Below, in pieces: positions 21,568 to 33,302 of a stretch of DNA of 64,000 bases. Below the pieces are notes generated by a model. It did no database searches, was not told where the DNA came from, and saw only the letters and a program-made list of their open reading frames with translations. The translations under genes were made by a program, and so were the position numbers. The DNA lies in NCBI GenBank assembly GCA_004431415.1, contig QPMI01000687.1, positions 1 to 64,000 of the forward strand, given 5' to 3'. The stretch is from Cyanophora paradoxa CCMP329. Its lineage: Eukaryota; Plantae; Glaucophyta. The stretch's first letter is position 1. Each line of letters begins with the position of its first letter.

Positions 21568-22038
21568 CGCAACCGGCCGTGGCGTAGTTCAATGTAGCGC
21601 GGCCCGCGTGCGTTGGGTTGGCCGGTTGAGGCGCGTACCCCCCGTCCGCGTACCCCCCGTAAAGCGCAGTGGTGCCGCAGTGCCCAATGTGAGTGCTGCT
21701 CGCCGAAGAGACGCCGTTGCCGCAGTGCAGCGGGCGCTGCAGGCTGCTCATCGGCAGCTATAGGGCGAGCGCTGCGCGCCTACCCCCCGCCCCATCTCGG
21801 GGGGTACAATTCGCGTCGCTTCAGTTCTCAGTTCTTCATGCCATGCCATGATGATGATCAGTCTCGCGCGCGCACCGCGGATCCCACTTCGCGCATGCGC
21901 GATAACTGTGAACTGAGAACTGAGATATCGCAGCTAGCTCGAGCTCTGGCGTAGTCCTCAGCCAATCCGCCCGCAGCTGTGTAATGCGCAACCCCTCTCA
22001 TTCCGTTCCCACTCAGTCATGCCTACGCTGCAGCCACA

Positions 22039-25000
22039 TCACAGGCGGCCGGTGCCGTCGGTGGAGCGGCTCTTCCTCGCGGCGCGGCCGGCCCCCAGCA
22101 CTGCACCGGCCCCGCCCCGCGTCGGCCCCCGGGCGCGCGGGGCGGGGCGGGCAGCCGCGGACCGGAGGTGAGGAAGTCGAGGGTGTGCGGGTCGTGCTCG
22201 GCGGGGCCCCCGCGAGGGCCGCCTCGTGCCGCGCCTTGCACTCCACCGCCAGCTCGCGCACCTCCTCCTCTAGCGTCCGGCGCGCCCCGCGCGCCGCCCC
22301 TCCCGCAGCGCCGGCGCCCCGCTCCGCAGCACCTCCTCCAGCGCCGGCACCTGCCGCGCCGCGCCCTCGGCGGGCGGCGGGGGTGCGGGGCGCGGGGGGG
22401 CGGGCCTGGCTGCCGAAGGATGCGATGAAGGCGTCGAGGGCGTTGTCGTCGCCGGTGTGGACGTAGGCGCGGTGCGCGGCGAGCACGAGCTCGAGCGCGT
22501 CGCTCAGCCGCTGCGCACGCAGCTCCAGCGCCTCCCCTGCCCCCGCCCCGCGTCGGGCCCGGGGCGGCGGCGGGGGGCGGCGCGGACGCGGGAGCGGAGG
22601 TCGGCGAGGAGGGAGGAGACGAAGGCCGACTGCGCCGCGTGCACCCGCCGGTGGAACGCCGCCTCTGCCGCCCCCGCCGCCGCCGCCGCCCGCCGCGCCC
22701 CTCCGCCGCCTCCACACGCCGCCACACCCCCGCAGGTACTCCTCCAGCTCGGGGCCCCCGCCCTTTCCCTTCGCCACCGCCTGCGGGAGGGCTCGGGCGG
22801 GCGGGGCGGGGCGGGGCGGTGGGGTGACGCGGCGGGGCGCACGCGGGCGCCGGCGACGAGCTCGTCGGCGGAGGGGAGCGGGGCGGGGGCGGGCCGGCAT
22901 CCTCGTCGGCCCGCTCGCCCCGAGGTCCGGCGCGCTCGCCGCCGTCCCGAACACGTCGCGGACCCGGTCGATGCCGGCTGGGGCGGCCTTCCCCCGAGGC
23001 CCGGGACGCTGCCGGCGCTCAGCGGCGCGGGGCGGGGCGGGCGGGCGGGCGGGGCGGACGCGGCGGCGGCGGGGAGGTCGGCGCTGGGCGGGAGGACGGC
23101 GCCGAGGGCAGCGAGGTCGGCCGCCACGCGCGCCGCCGCCCCCGCCGCCCGCTCCACCGCCTCCACCACCCGCGACTGCCCCCCGTCAGCCGCGGGCGGG
23201 GCGGGGCAGGGCGGGGCGCACGTGGAAGGGGCGAGGGCGAGGAAGAGGGGGGCGGCGGGGCGGAGGGCGGCGTGGAGGGCGGAGAGCTGCGCCTGCAGGC
23301 CGCACAGGCGGCCCTCGAGCGAGCGCATCGCCTCCGGCTCCAGCGCCGCCCGCTCCCCCGGCGGCAGCAGCACCGCCTGCCCCGCGTGAGGCGCGGAGGG
23401 CCGCCCGGGGCCGGCGGGGCGCACGCCGCGGGCGAAGCGGGGGGCCCCGGGGGCGCATCCGAAGGCGGCGGGGAGGGCCGAGGAGCGGCGCCTGCGTCGC
23501 CTGCGCGCACGCCCGCCGCACGTCCCCGAGCCGCCGCCTGCGCCCCGCCCCGCCCCGGCCCGGCCCGCGTCACCGGCCGGGCCTCGGCGCACGAGGGGCA
23601 GGGGCGGGGGCGCACCGGGCGGCGGCGGCCCACTTGGCGGCGTCGGCGAGGGCGGGGCCGGGGTCGGGGCGGCGGCGGCGCGCTCCTCGAGGGCGGCGAG
23701 GGTCCCCTCCGCCTCCGCCACCAGCTCGTCCCGCGTCCGCAGGGCGCCCCACTGGAGCCCCACCTGCGCCCCCTCAGCGGCGGCCCGGGGCGGGCGGGGG
23801 CGGGCGGGCGGGCCTGGCGCTCGAGCTGGAGGCACTGGGCCTTGAGGAGGAGCAGGCGCCGCGGGTCGGGTGCGGGTGCAGCGCCCGGGCCCCGCCGCCC
23901 CGCTCGCGGCGGCGGCGGCGGCGGCGGGGGCGCCGGCGCGGCCCTCGGCGGGGGCCTCGGCGACGAGCTGGTCGCAGAGGGCCTGGAGGGCGGCGAGGCG
24001 GGCGGCGAGGGTCGCCTTCTCCCGCCGCAGCCGCCGCACCCGCTCCGCCCCGCCTCCCGCTCCATCGGCTGCCCCGCGTGAGCGGCGGGGGACGGGGGGG
24101 ACGGGGGTGGGGGGGGGGGGGATGGGAGGGGGTGCGCACGGCGTCCTCCTCGCCCTCGGGCTCGTCGTCGCCGGCCTCGAGGGTGCCCATCGTCAGCCCC
24201 GCCCCCGCGCCCCGCCGCACCGGCCCCGCCCCCGCCTCCACCGGCACCACCGCCCCCGACAGGCGCGGCCGCGGCGCCCCCAGCGGGGCCCGCTCCGGGG
24301 GCCCCGGCGAGTGCCCTCCAGGAGAGATGGGGACGGGGAGGCGATCGCGCGCTGGCGCAGCGTCGGGCGGGCCCGGGCAGACGGGCGGGGAGCGCACCTG
24401 CCGGGGGGCCGACGCGGGCCGCTGGCGGGAGGAGGGGCTCGGGAGGGGCCCGGCGCCGGCAGAAGGGCCGGCGGCGGGCTTGGGGGAGGCGGAGGGGAGG
24501 GCCGTGGACGCGTCGGGCTGGGGCGCGTGAGCGGGGCGGGGCAGGGCGGCCGGGATGAGGCACCTTGTCAAGGCTCCGGCGGGACCCCGGGGCGTCACTG
24601 GAGGAGAAGGAGTGGCTCTGGGGCAGGTGGTGGGGCCGCGGCGGGGGCGGCCCTGGCCCCGACGGCGCCGCCTGCGCGCTGGCCATGCCGAGGAGCGAGG
24701 CACGCCGCAGGTGGTCCACCAGCAGCTGCATCGCCCCGTGGCACGCCCCGCGCCGCTGCAGAAGCTGCTGCCCCGTCGCCGCCTCCGCAACACCGAGCGC
24801 CTGCGCGCCCCGTCACACGGCGCGCCCTCGCCGCAGCGCGGAACGCGCCTTCAGCTCCTCAGCGACAGCGCGGAAGAAGACGGCGCGGAAGGCGAGCTCG
24901 TTGGCCTGCCGCTCGTCCGCGCTCCGCCCCTCTCTGCGCTCCGCCGCCTTGTCCCGCTCCCGATCGGCAACCAGGCCCTGGCACGTCGACGCGTCACAGC

Positions 25001-25245
25001 AGTTACTGCCAGCATAAGAGTGCGCGGCAACGTACCGGGAGGACGCTAGACGCCGGGGATAATTTGCTGAACAATGTCACCAGAACCTGGCGCGCTGTCG
25101 AGAAGGAGAGCTCGCTCAGCTCCTTCTCAGTGAGCAAGCTGAGCTCGGGGTGGCGCCGGAGCTGCTGGAGCAGCCGTGGGATGTTGGCCGTCGCCGAACC
25201 CGAAGAGCTCGCCTTCGCGGCGTCGGGCGCTCGGCGTGCGTCCAT
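22039..25245 (-). CDS. Uncharacterised multi-exon protein with coiled-coil segments
   Basis: Consistent exon/intron chain from MDARRAPDAAKASSS... through LLLKAQCLQLERQ|VGLQWGALRTRDELVAEAE to ...HDPHTLDFLTS|VLGAGRAARKSRSTDGTGRL*. No family recognised. Confidence 0.6.
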
Positions 25246-25482
25246 TGAGAGCGCCGGCGCTGGCGCCGCTTTCAAAGCGCCTCGTCGACGCGCTGCGGGA
25301 TCCGGAGGTCGAAGACGAAAACCCGAAATCGAACCCGAGTCTCTGACCTAGCTTTTTGAGCGGAGACGAGCGAATCCGACGGCCCCGCGCGTCCGAAAGC
25401 AATAGCAGCGAGCGGCCGAGGCACAGCGAGCGCTGCGGAACCGCTTTCTGAACGAGTAGGCACAGCAAGACGACAGCGCCAG

Positions 25483-25993
25483 ATGAACGAGTTCAAGCAG
25501 GCTTGTCCCGAGTACAAAGAGAAGTACCAACAGTGCTTCAACGAATGGTGCGCGCCCTGGCCCAGCTAGCTCGCGCGGAAGGGCTGGTGGGATGGCGCTA
25601 GAGCGAGAGGCGGCGCGGCCGTGGCGCCCCGAGCGGTTTGTGACGGTTGGCTGACAAGCTGACCTCCTGCGCGCTCGCTCGCTCTTGGTTTGCAGGTACA
25701 AAGAGCAGGCGCGTTTGGCCCCCTAGCCGTCCGCGCCGCGCGCTACCGCGTGCGCTTGAGGTCGGACGCTCGCGCACCGCAGTTCCTGACGGGGAGGATG
25801 GCGAGCAACGCGTGCAAAGAAGAATGGGAGGACTTCCGCGTCTGCATGCAGGTGCGGCGCGTGCGAGCCACCGTCGCCGTCGTGCCGGCGCCTTATACGC
25901 GCGCAGGCGTTCATGAAAGTCAAGGCGGAGACAGATGCGGGCAGCGGCGCGGCTCAAGGAAAAGCACCGAACAGCGGCGCCGGTGCCCGATAG
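25483..25993 (+). CDS. MDM35: TRIAP1/Mdm35 twin-CX9C mitochondrial intermembrane-space protein (4 exons)
   Basis: Spliced product MNEFKQACPEYKEKYQQCFNEWYKEQFLTGRMASNACKEEWEDFRVCMQAFMK... Exons 25483-25547, 25696-25708, 25783-25851 and 25907-25993. Confidence 0.9.
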
Positions 25994-26559
25994 CGGGGGC
26001 TCCTGCCCGGCGCGAGGCGCGCCGGGCGCCTCCCGAGCTCATGGTCAAGTCCGGCTGCTGGCCCTGCGGCGCTCGCGGAACGCTGGCCGGGCCCGCGCGC
26101 GCCGGTCCTGCGCGCCCGCTTCATTTGCAAGCGGAAAGTAGTGGAACAGCCGACGTTGCCGAGTCGCGATCCAAACAGTCTCTCTCTATATCTACGTATA
26201 CTAAGACTCTCTTAAGCTTCGGATACAAGTAGGCGACACCCCCGAGTTCATGTCTCGGCGCCTGCCCCACTCGGCCAGGGAACTCGGGAGCCCGCAATTT
26301 GCAATTAGCGATTCGCACGAGATAGAGCAGTCCTGTATGTAAACACGACTTCGCAGCCAAGCGGTAGAAACCTATTCAAAAGTTACTGATCGCGATCGCG
26401 AGCTACAATTTTCAAAAGCGCTAGCTAATTATAAAAGTCTTGGTCGACCCTTGTGCGCCGAGAGCGTGGCGTCATATGCACAGGCCTTGCAATTGACGTG
26501 CGCCGGGCTCGAGGCGGCGCCGCGGGCCCGGCGCCCCCGAGGGGCGCGGCGGGGGCGGC

Positions 26560-26944
26560 CTAGCGGGCCCACGCCGGCTTGACCGAGGGCGGATGCCAGT
26601 AGCGGGAGATGGGAATGGGGTCGACGGGCGCCGAGCGCTCGAGGTCGATGGTGGCGTACATGCAGCCGCCCTCGACGCCCATGTTGTCGGCGCCCATCTT
26701 GAGCTTGAACCAGCCGTCCTCGCCCCAAAAGGTGCCCCAGGTGTTGCGGATGAGCCAGTACTCCTCCCCCGTCTTCTCGTCGACGCCCCAGCCCGAGACG
26801 GCGACGTCGTGGTCGTAGTCCTCCACGCTCCACTCCGTCTTCTCCGCGTACACGCCCCCCGCGTAGTTGTACTCGAAGTTGTCCGTGCACTCCATCCCCT
26901 GCCCCCGCGCCCCCTCAGCCGCCCGTGGGAGAGGCGCCCTGGGC

Positions 26945-26975
<31 letters not shown>

Positions 26976-28409
26976 GGGGCGGGGCGGGGCGAGGCGCACG
27001 CAGATGATGGGCCCGTTGGCGAGGATCTCGGCCTTCATCGCGTGCGTGTTCATCGTCGGGATCCGCCCGTAGTGCTTCACGTACCACTTCCGGTACTCCT
27101 TGATCGCGCTGCCGCCCGCCGGGTCGCCCCGGCCCGAGGCGTGCCGGGGGCGGGGCCGGCGCGGCTCACTACTTGGTCTTGCGGTCGGACTCGGCGTTGT
27201 TGCAGATGCACTCTTCCTTGCAGTGCGCAAAGTTCTTTTGATGCTTCGGCACGCACTCGGTCCCCGTCGCCGCCCGGTACGGCTGGCAGGTGTTGTCCGG
27301 GATCCCGTGCTGCCCGCTCCGTCAGGCCGGCGCTCCCCAGGCCGGCGCCCGGAGATCAGACCTTGCGGGCGAAGCCGAGGACGCACATGGCGTCGCCACC
27401 CTCCTCGCAGTCACCGCAGTCCTGGCAGTTGAGCATCACCTGGTGGGCCTGCGTGACAAACTCTCGTCAACACGGTCCAGCTGGGCATTCTGAAAGTGGA
27501 GCACAGAGCGCGTACGAGGGTGATCGCCGGGTACGAGGCGTTGCGCGCGATGTGAATGCGGTCGCTCAGGGCCTGAACCGACGAGAAGACCCAGCAGCCG
27601 CCGCAATACTGTGCGTGCGCGTCAGAGAGTGCTCCGCACGCGCAATCCTCAAAGGAAAACGCTCGTACGTTGGGGAGGTGCTGCTGGCTGTTCTGAGTGA
27701 GCACTACGATTGACGGAGTCAGCCAAGAGGTCGCGTCGCAGAGGCATATGAAGCCCGCAGCGCGTACTGTTCCTGCCCGACACATTACGCCAGTCCCTGC
27801 TCATACACATCAGGAGGGACCGTGGGGAGCGCGAGGGATGGAGGATCGCGCGCAGGGTCGCGATCAGAAGGGACGCACCACTCCTTGGGAAGATCCTCAG
27901 GGGCTAGCACCTGCAATCGCACAAGAAATGCACGTATGAGCGCGAAGGCCAATGGAGCGCAAAGACGCGAGCCAGGACCGAAAGGTCAGGAGGACCTGCC
28001 CTTTGAGAGCACACACGCGCACCTCCCAAGGGGCCTCACCCATAGGATAGGCATGGCCCTCGAGGTACGGTGCCATGACTGCGATACGCGCAGCACGATT
28101 CTCCTTCGTGAGCCGCCCGACTCGCCGCCGAGAGCCTGGGTGAGTGGTTGGACGCGGGGGCAAAACTCCCCTATGATACGGCGCACCGTCGCGGCGGAAG
28201 GCGACTTGGGGCATAGCTGTCGTCCCAGACTGCCCCTGAGGCTGGATCGTGCCCCTCGCCTCGCGCAGCTGGCGAATTTCATTACGCTGAACAGCCGTGA
28301 CGATGACGAGGGCCAGGCACGCGAAGCACGCGACTCCAAACGCAGCAGCCCATTTCTTCGCCGTCGTACGCCTGATCGGGACGCCAGGAAGGAGGGGCTC
28401 GTCCTCCAT
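26560..28409 (-). CDS. CTSZ: Cathepsin X/Z-like papain-family (C1A) cysteine protease with N-terminal membrane anchor
   Basis: QQHLPN-YCGGCW (cathepsin X mini-loop plus catalytic Cys), ALSDRIHIAR, MKAEILANGPI, DHDVAVSGWG (His) and YWLIRNTWGTFWGEDGWF (Asn). Confidence 0.9.
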
Positions 28410-28483
28410 TTCGCAAAAGTGACTCCGTACCCCCGGAAGATCAAATCTCTATGGAGCTCAAGCGGCCTTGCAGGGAGCGCGCG

Positions 28484-30208
28484 ATGTACGCGGCTTGCTC
28501 GGCCGCACAGCTCGACAAAGCATTTTTGTCTCGTGCAGGCCCGAGCACCGTGAGCTCGAGCTGCTCGACGGCGACTGCGGCTGCGCGTGTCCGATCGAGC
28601 CAACCGGCTCGGAGAGCAAGCGCCAGCTTCCTCAAGCGCCCAACCATCGAGCTGGACACAGCCAGCCGCCGCTGGACAAACTCGAACTCTATCCACTTCC
28701 GTTCGATCGCTGCCAGGCAAGCCGGCAGCGCTTTTCGGCAGCGCTTTGAGCTCCCGAGAGGGATCTCTTTCTAATGCTTGCGATCTCCTCCGCAGGCGCA
28801 GCCCGCTTGCCCAGCTGCCGTTGAAGCCCGCCGTCCCCTGCAACGCGCGCATCTCTCCGGCGGAACGGCCGTACACGGCCGTCATGATCGTGCCTACGGG
28901 CATTGGTGCCTCAATCGGCGGCTACGCAGGAGACGCCCTGCCCGCGGCGCGCGCGCTCGCAGAGGTGCGCGGCCTGAGGCACGTCGAAGCCGCATGGCGC
29001 GACCCTCGGGGCGCCTCTCGCAGGTCGTGGACTGCTTGATCACGCACCCGAACGTGCTCAACGGCGCTCAGCTATTCTGGCCGATGCGCAACACGCTGTA
29101 CGTGGAGGGCTACGCGCTGGACAAGTTCGCCGCGGGCGAGTGGGGTGCGCGGCGTCCCGGGCCCCCGCGCCCCCCGCGGGGCGCCGCTGACCCTCGCCGC
29201 CGCGCAGGGCTGCGGCCGGTGCACTCGAACCGCGTGGGCCTGATCCTGGACGCGGGGATCGAACCGGAGCTGCGGCTGCGGCACGTGCAGGCGGCAGACG
29301 CGTGCCGGGCGACGCTCGGCCTGCAGGTCAGTGAGTACGTCGTCACTGACGAGCCGCTCGGCGTGGAGCTCTCCCGCTCCGCCTCGGGGGCCTCCTGGGG
29401 CACGCTGCGGAGCCCCGGGGCGCTGCTGCGGGCGGCGGAGGGCCTGCTGGCGCGGGGCCGGACGGACGCGGTGGCGGTGGTGGCGCGCTTCCCCGACGGC
29501 CTCGGGGACGAGGAGGCGCTGCAGGCCTACCGCGAGGGCCGCGGCGTCGACCCCCTCGCCGGCGCCGAGGCCGTCATCTCCCACCTCGTCGTCTCCCGCC
29601 TCCGCGTACCCTGCGCCCACGCCCCGGCCCTCGCCCCGCTCGCCCCGGACCCGGCCCTCGCCCCAAAGTCCGCTGCCGAGGAGATCGGGCACACCTTCCT
29701 CCCCTGCGTCCTCGCGGGGCTCGCGCGGGCGCCCCTGATCGTCCCCAGCCGGGCGGCCTCCGCGGCGGGGGACATCTGGCGCGAGGCGGTCGACGCCGTC
29801 GTCGCCCCGGACACCGCCTGCGGGGGGCCCGGCCTCCTCGCCCTCGCCGCCGGCACCCGCGCCCGCCTCGTCACCGTCCGCGAGAACGAGACCGCCATGC
29901 GGGCCGCCCCCGACGCCCTCGGCATCCCCGACGCCGCGCGCCTCCGGACCTACCTCGAGGCCGTCGGCTGGGTCGCCGCACACAAGGCCGGCGTCGACCC
30001 GGCATGCATCAGCCCGCGCGTGGAGCCCCTCCCGGAGGTCCCGCCCCTCCCCCGTCACGACTCCGTCGCCCAGTCCAACGGCGAGCTGACATTCCACTCC
30101 TTCTCGGCGACCGTACCCGGCGCCGGCCCCGTCCAAGGGACCGCACCTCCCCCAGCGAGTGTGCCTCCGCACTCCCCCGCACCCGAGCGCTCCCCTGCCG
30201 TAGCTTGA
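28484..30208 (+). CDS. DUF3326-family protein (cyanobacterial/plastid), with transit-peptide-like N-terminus
   Basis: VMIVPTGIGASIGGYAGDALP, LITHPNVLNGA, LYVEGYALDKFAAG, GVDPLAGAEAVISHL, CAHAPAL and SAAEEIGHTFLPCVLAGL. Ser/Ala/Arg-rich leader. Alternative ATG at 28451. Confidence 0.88.
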
Positions 30209-30482
30209 TCTGCAGCTCAGCACTGGTTCTGCGCGGCAGGGCAGGTTTGCGTACTCACTAGACTCACAGAGCCTCCTAGACATATGTATACATCGATCTA
30301 GCTAGATCTATAGAGCGGGCCTCACGAGCGGATCTAGACGTCGACTTAGCTTTGGATCGAGGGGCTCGGTGCTTGACGTCGGCCGCGGCCGGATCGGAAG
30401 AGGGGCGTGCGGATTAGTTCGCGGGGCCCGGGCGAAAGCGAGACTGTGCAGCGTGTCCGAGAGCGAGTCACTGTTGTGGTCG

Positions 30483-30768
30483 TTAGCTCTTGTTCGCTGC
30501 CGCCGCCGCGGCCCTGCGGCAGCACCGGTTCGACTACAGCACGCGCGACGTGTGCGCGGCACGACGCACTTTTGCTTGCATTCGCTCTGGAAGTTTCGGA
30601 CCTCCTCTTCGCACTTCTTCATGTCGTTGTTGTTCTCGGCGAGGCCTGCAGCGCGTCTCACGCGATGCCCCGAAGCGGCGAGGGGCGGTGCTGACACTTC
30701 TGCAGCATTTTCCAGTCGCATGGTGAGCGGTTCCCGATCTCCAGCTTTGCCGCGGCGCTCGGATCCAT
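30483..30768 (-). CDS. Small cysteine alpha-hairpin (CHCH-like) protein, ~59 aa, 3 exons
   Basis: Spliced product MDPSAAAKLEIGNRSPCDWKMLQKCLAENNNDMKKCEEEVRNFQSECKQKAAAAAANKS*, with four Cys in helical-hairpin spacing. The last acceptor is inferred. Confidence 0.65.
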
Positions 30769-30839
30769 CGAGCGAGTCAAGCGCCCCGTGTGTGTGCACC
30801 GAAGATGTCACAGTGTTTGAGAGCTAGTTGCGCTTTCGA

Positions 30840-30905
30840 AGGCTGCAGGCTGCAGGCTTGCAGGCTGTAGGCTACAGGCTACAGCTGCAGCCTGCAGGCT
30901 GCAGC
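30840..30905. repeat. 7-bp microsatellite (GGCTGCA/GGCTACA)n in a divergent intergenic region
   Basis: ggctgcaggctgcaggcttgcaggctgtaggctacaggctacagctgcagcctgcaggctgcagc. Confidence 0.8.
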
Positions 30906-31099
30906 TCGTTCAGGGATACCGAATCTAATTGGGGGTACAACCTGCAAAGGTGTGTGCGGCGTCGAGAAGCGAGAGCTTGTCACCCGAACAAGTGCATTCA
31001 CAAGCTTGTCATCCGAACAAAGCCAGGACAGGAACACTAGCACGCAGCAGGAGTCGCGTTTTGAAAATCCGACAGCGTTGTTCGGGCTATCTTACAAGG

Positions 31100-33114
31100 A
31101 TGTCGTTCCGCACGCAAGAGCGTGACCGGGTGAGCATAGTCCGCCGGCCGCTCCTAGCCTGCCTACACAAGCCCGAGCTGACTGCGCGACGTACCGCCTA
31201 TCGCTTACTCCCCGAACACGTACAGATCACACTTATGCAGTCCAACTTGGAGAGCTGGAAGCACGGCTTGCGTAGCCCCGGGAGCTCTGGAACGCCATCG
31301 AAGCCGCTCGCGGGGCACTTTAAACCGACCTCGGCGTCGCCGGACAAGAGCTTCGTCAGCACGGGCACGGGCCGCGATGGCCCTGCTCCGTACCTTTCGC
31401 CGTCCCCTCCGCGCGCACCAGCTCCGGCTGCACAAAACGACATGCCGGCTGAGCCTGCAGTGCCGAGCCGCCGGGACTTGCTCATCCAGTACGCGCCCGA
31501 GATCCAAACTGGTTTCGAGCGGCTGGAGTCAGGCCGCTCGACGTGCGCCGATCCTCGCTGGTGATCAACTTCCGGCCTCACAGATTCGCCCGCAGCGTCG
31601 ATGATTTCGTCAAGGTAGTGAAGAGCTGCGGGGTTCAGCCGTCGACGGAGACTGTCCGCCTGCTGAATCTCTTCGCAAAGGTGCGCGCCCGCTCTTCCCC
31701 CACGCTCAATTCACTCGCTCAACTTGGCCGCGCAGAACGGGAGTATCGGCTTCACGCAAATTATGAAAGCGCGCGCTGCCCTGCTCGGCCGCGGCGCACC
31801 CGGCTGACCTCCCGCCCGCAGTCGCTGCTGCACAACGAGGAGGACTCTGCCTTCACGTCGCGGGCGGCCGGTGGCCCGGGGGCGGGCGTCGTGGAGGCGC
31901 ACTTCTACCAGCAGTCGCGGCACAGGCCACGGTCGCCTGTGCGGGAGACCGACCCCCTGGGCATCGCGACCCCGGAGGAGCCGCACCGCCCCGCCCGCAA
32001 GCGCTCCGACCTGCCGCACGCGAGCATCAACCAGGAGAGCATCGCTCTGCTGCACGCCGCCTCGCCGTCGCCGGGCAAGCCGCAGGCCGCCGCCACGCCG
32101 CGGGGGGCTGCCACGGCCGGCGAAGAGGACGAGAGCGTGAAGGCGGTGGTGCACGACGCGATCCGGCAGCTGCTCAAGGGCGGGATCAGCGCGGCGCAGT
32201 TCAAGGACATCCTGCAGACGGCGACGGGCCGGGCGGCGGGGCCGGACGTGGAGAAGGCGCTGGCGCGCTTCGTTGCGCGGGGCGACAGCACTTTCCGCGA
32301 GGTGGCGACGGCCTGTGCGCCGTACTTCGTCCGGGCGCCGGGCCCGCAGGACGCGGAGTCCGTGCGGCGCCAGCTCGAGGAGGCCGGCCTCCTGCGCGAG
32401 CCGCCCGCCCGCCGCCCCAGCGAGCTCTGGAAGGCGCCCCCAATCGACTCCCGCGGGGAGCCCCTCCGCATGTTCACCGCGGGCCACCAGCCCAACTCTC
32501 CCGCCGCCGAGCGGTGCCCCTCTCGCGCGACCTTGCCGCTCGCCCACCCCGTTGACCCCCGGCGGCAGCGTGGCCGGCGATGTGATCAGCTTCCGCTACG
32601 GATCCGTGGCGGAGGGAGGCCCCGAGGTCGCACAGCCGGCCCGCCCCGCGACCGCCAAGTTAGCCCGGGCCCCGCCTCGCTGCGGGTCGGGGCAGAGCTG
32701 AGTGGGGGGCAGGCTGCAGACGCCGTCTTCGTTCGACCTGATCAGCGGCCGCGTGGACAGCGGCGTCGTCCGCCACAGCGACGGCGTGCGCGCCGCGCAC
32801 CCGCGCCGCGCGCCCAGCCCGACCCCGCCCCGCAGCTCGAAGAGCCCGAGCAGCGCCCCGCCCGCCGTCCCGTCGGCGGCAACTCGCCGCCGTCGCACCT
32901 GCGGGCGGCCGCGCCGGCTCGGCCCGTCACGGCCGGCTGCGGTGAACGCGGCTTTCGTGCCATATGTATTGCGTCTACTCATGCTTCTGCAGGTGACTTC
33001 ATCAAGTGGGAGGGGGTGGACGAGCGGGCCGTGCAGACGCCGTCCAAGACGAGCGTGCACCCGCGCTCCGCCATCGCCCCGCGCGAGAGCCCCTTCGCCA
33101 CCAACTACGGCTGA
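31100..33114 (+). CDS. Uncharacterised multi-exon protein with two repeated helical (EF-hand-like) modules
   Basis: Exon chain MSFRTQERDR|ITLMQSNL... to ...APRESPFATNYG*. Module 1: DFVKVVKSCGVQPSTETVRLL..F..NGSIGF. Module 2: GGISAAQFKDILQ..GPDVEKALARF..RGDSTF. Confidence 0.65.
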
Positions 33115-33302
33115 CGCGCCCCCCGCGCCACCACCCGTCCATCAGCCCGAATCCAATCGAACCACCGTCTATTGCAGCACGTGGGGGGGACGTGGGGGGG
33201 ACAGGAGGGGACAAAGACGGATGATGGGGGATGGTGGAGGTGACGGGATGCCAAGAGGGGTCTAGCTTTAGCGCTGCTCCCGCCGGTGGCTGTCGGCTGG
33301 GT

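Noticed and set aside
26241-26288. SECIS element (9-bp stem cccgagttc/gaactcggg) between MDM35 and cathepsin X
   Set aside because: No AUGA/GA quartet or apical AA, and neither neighbouring gene has an in-frame TGA.
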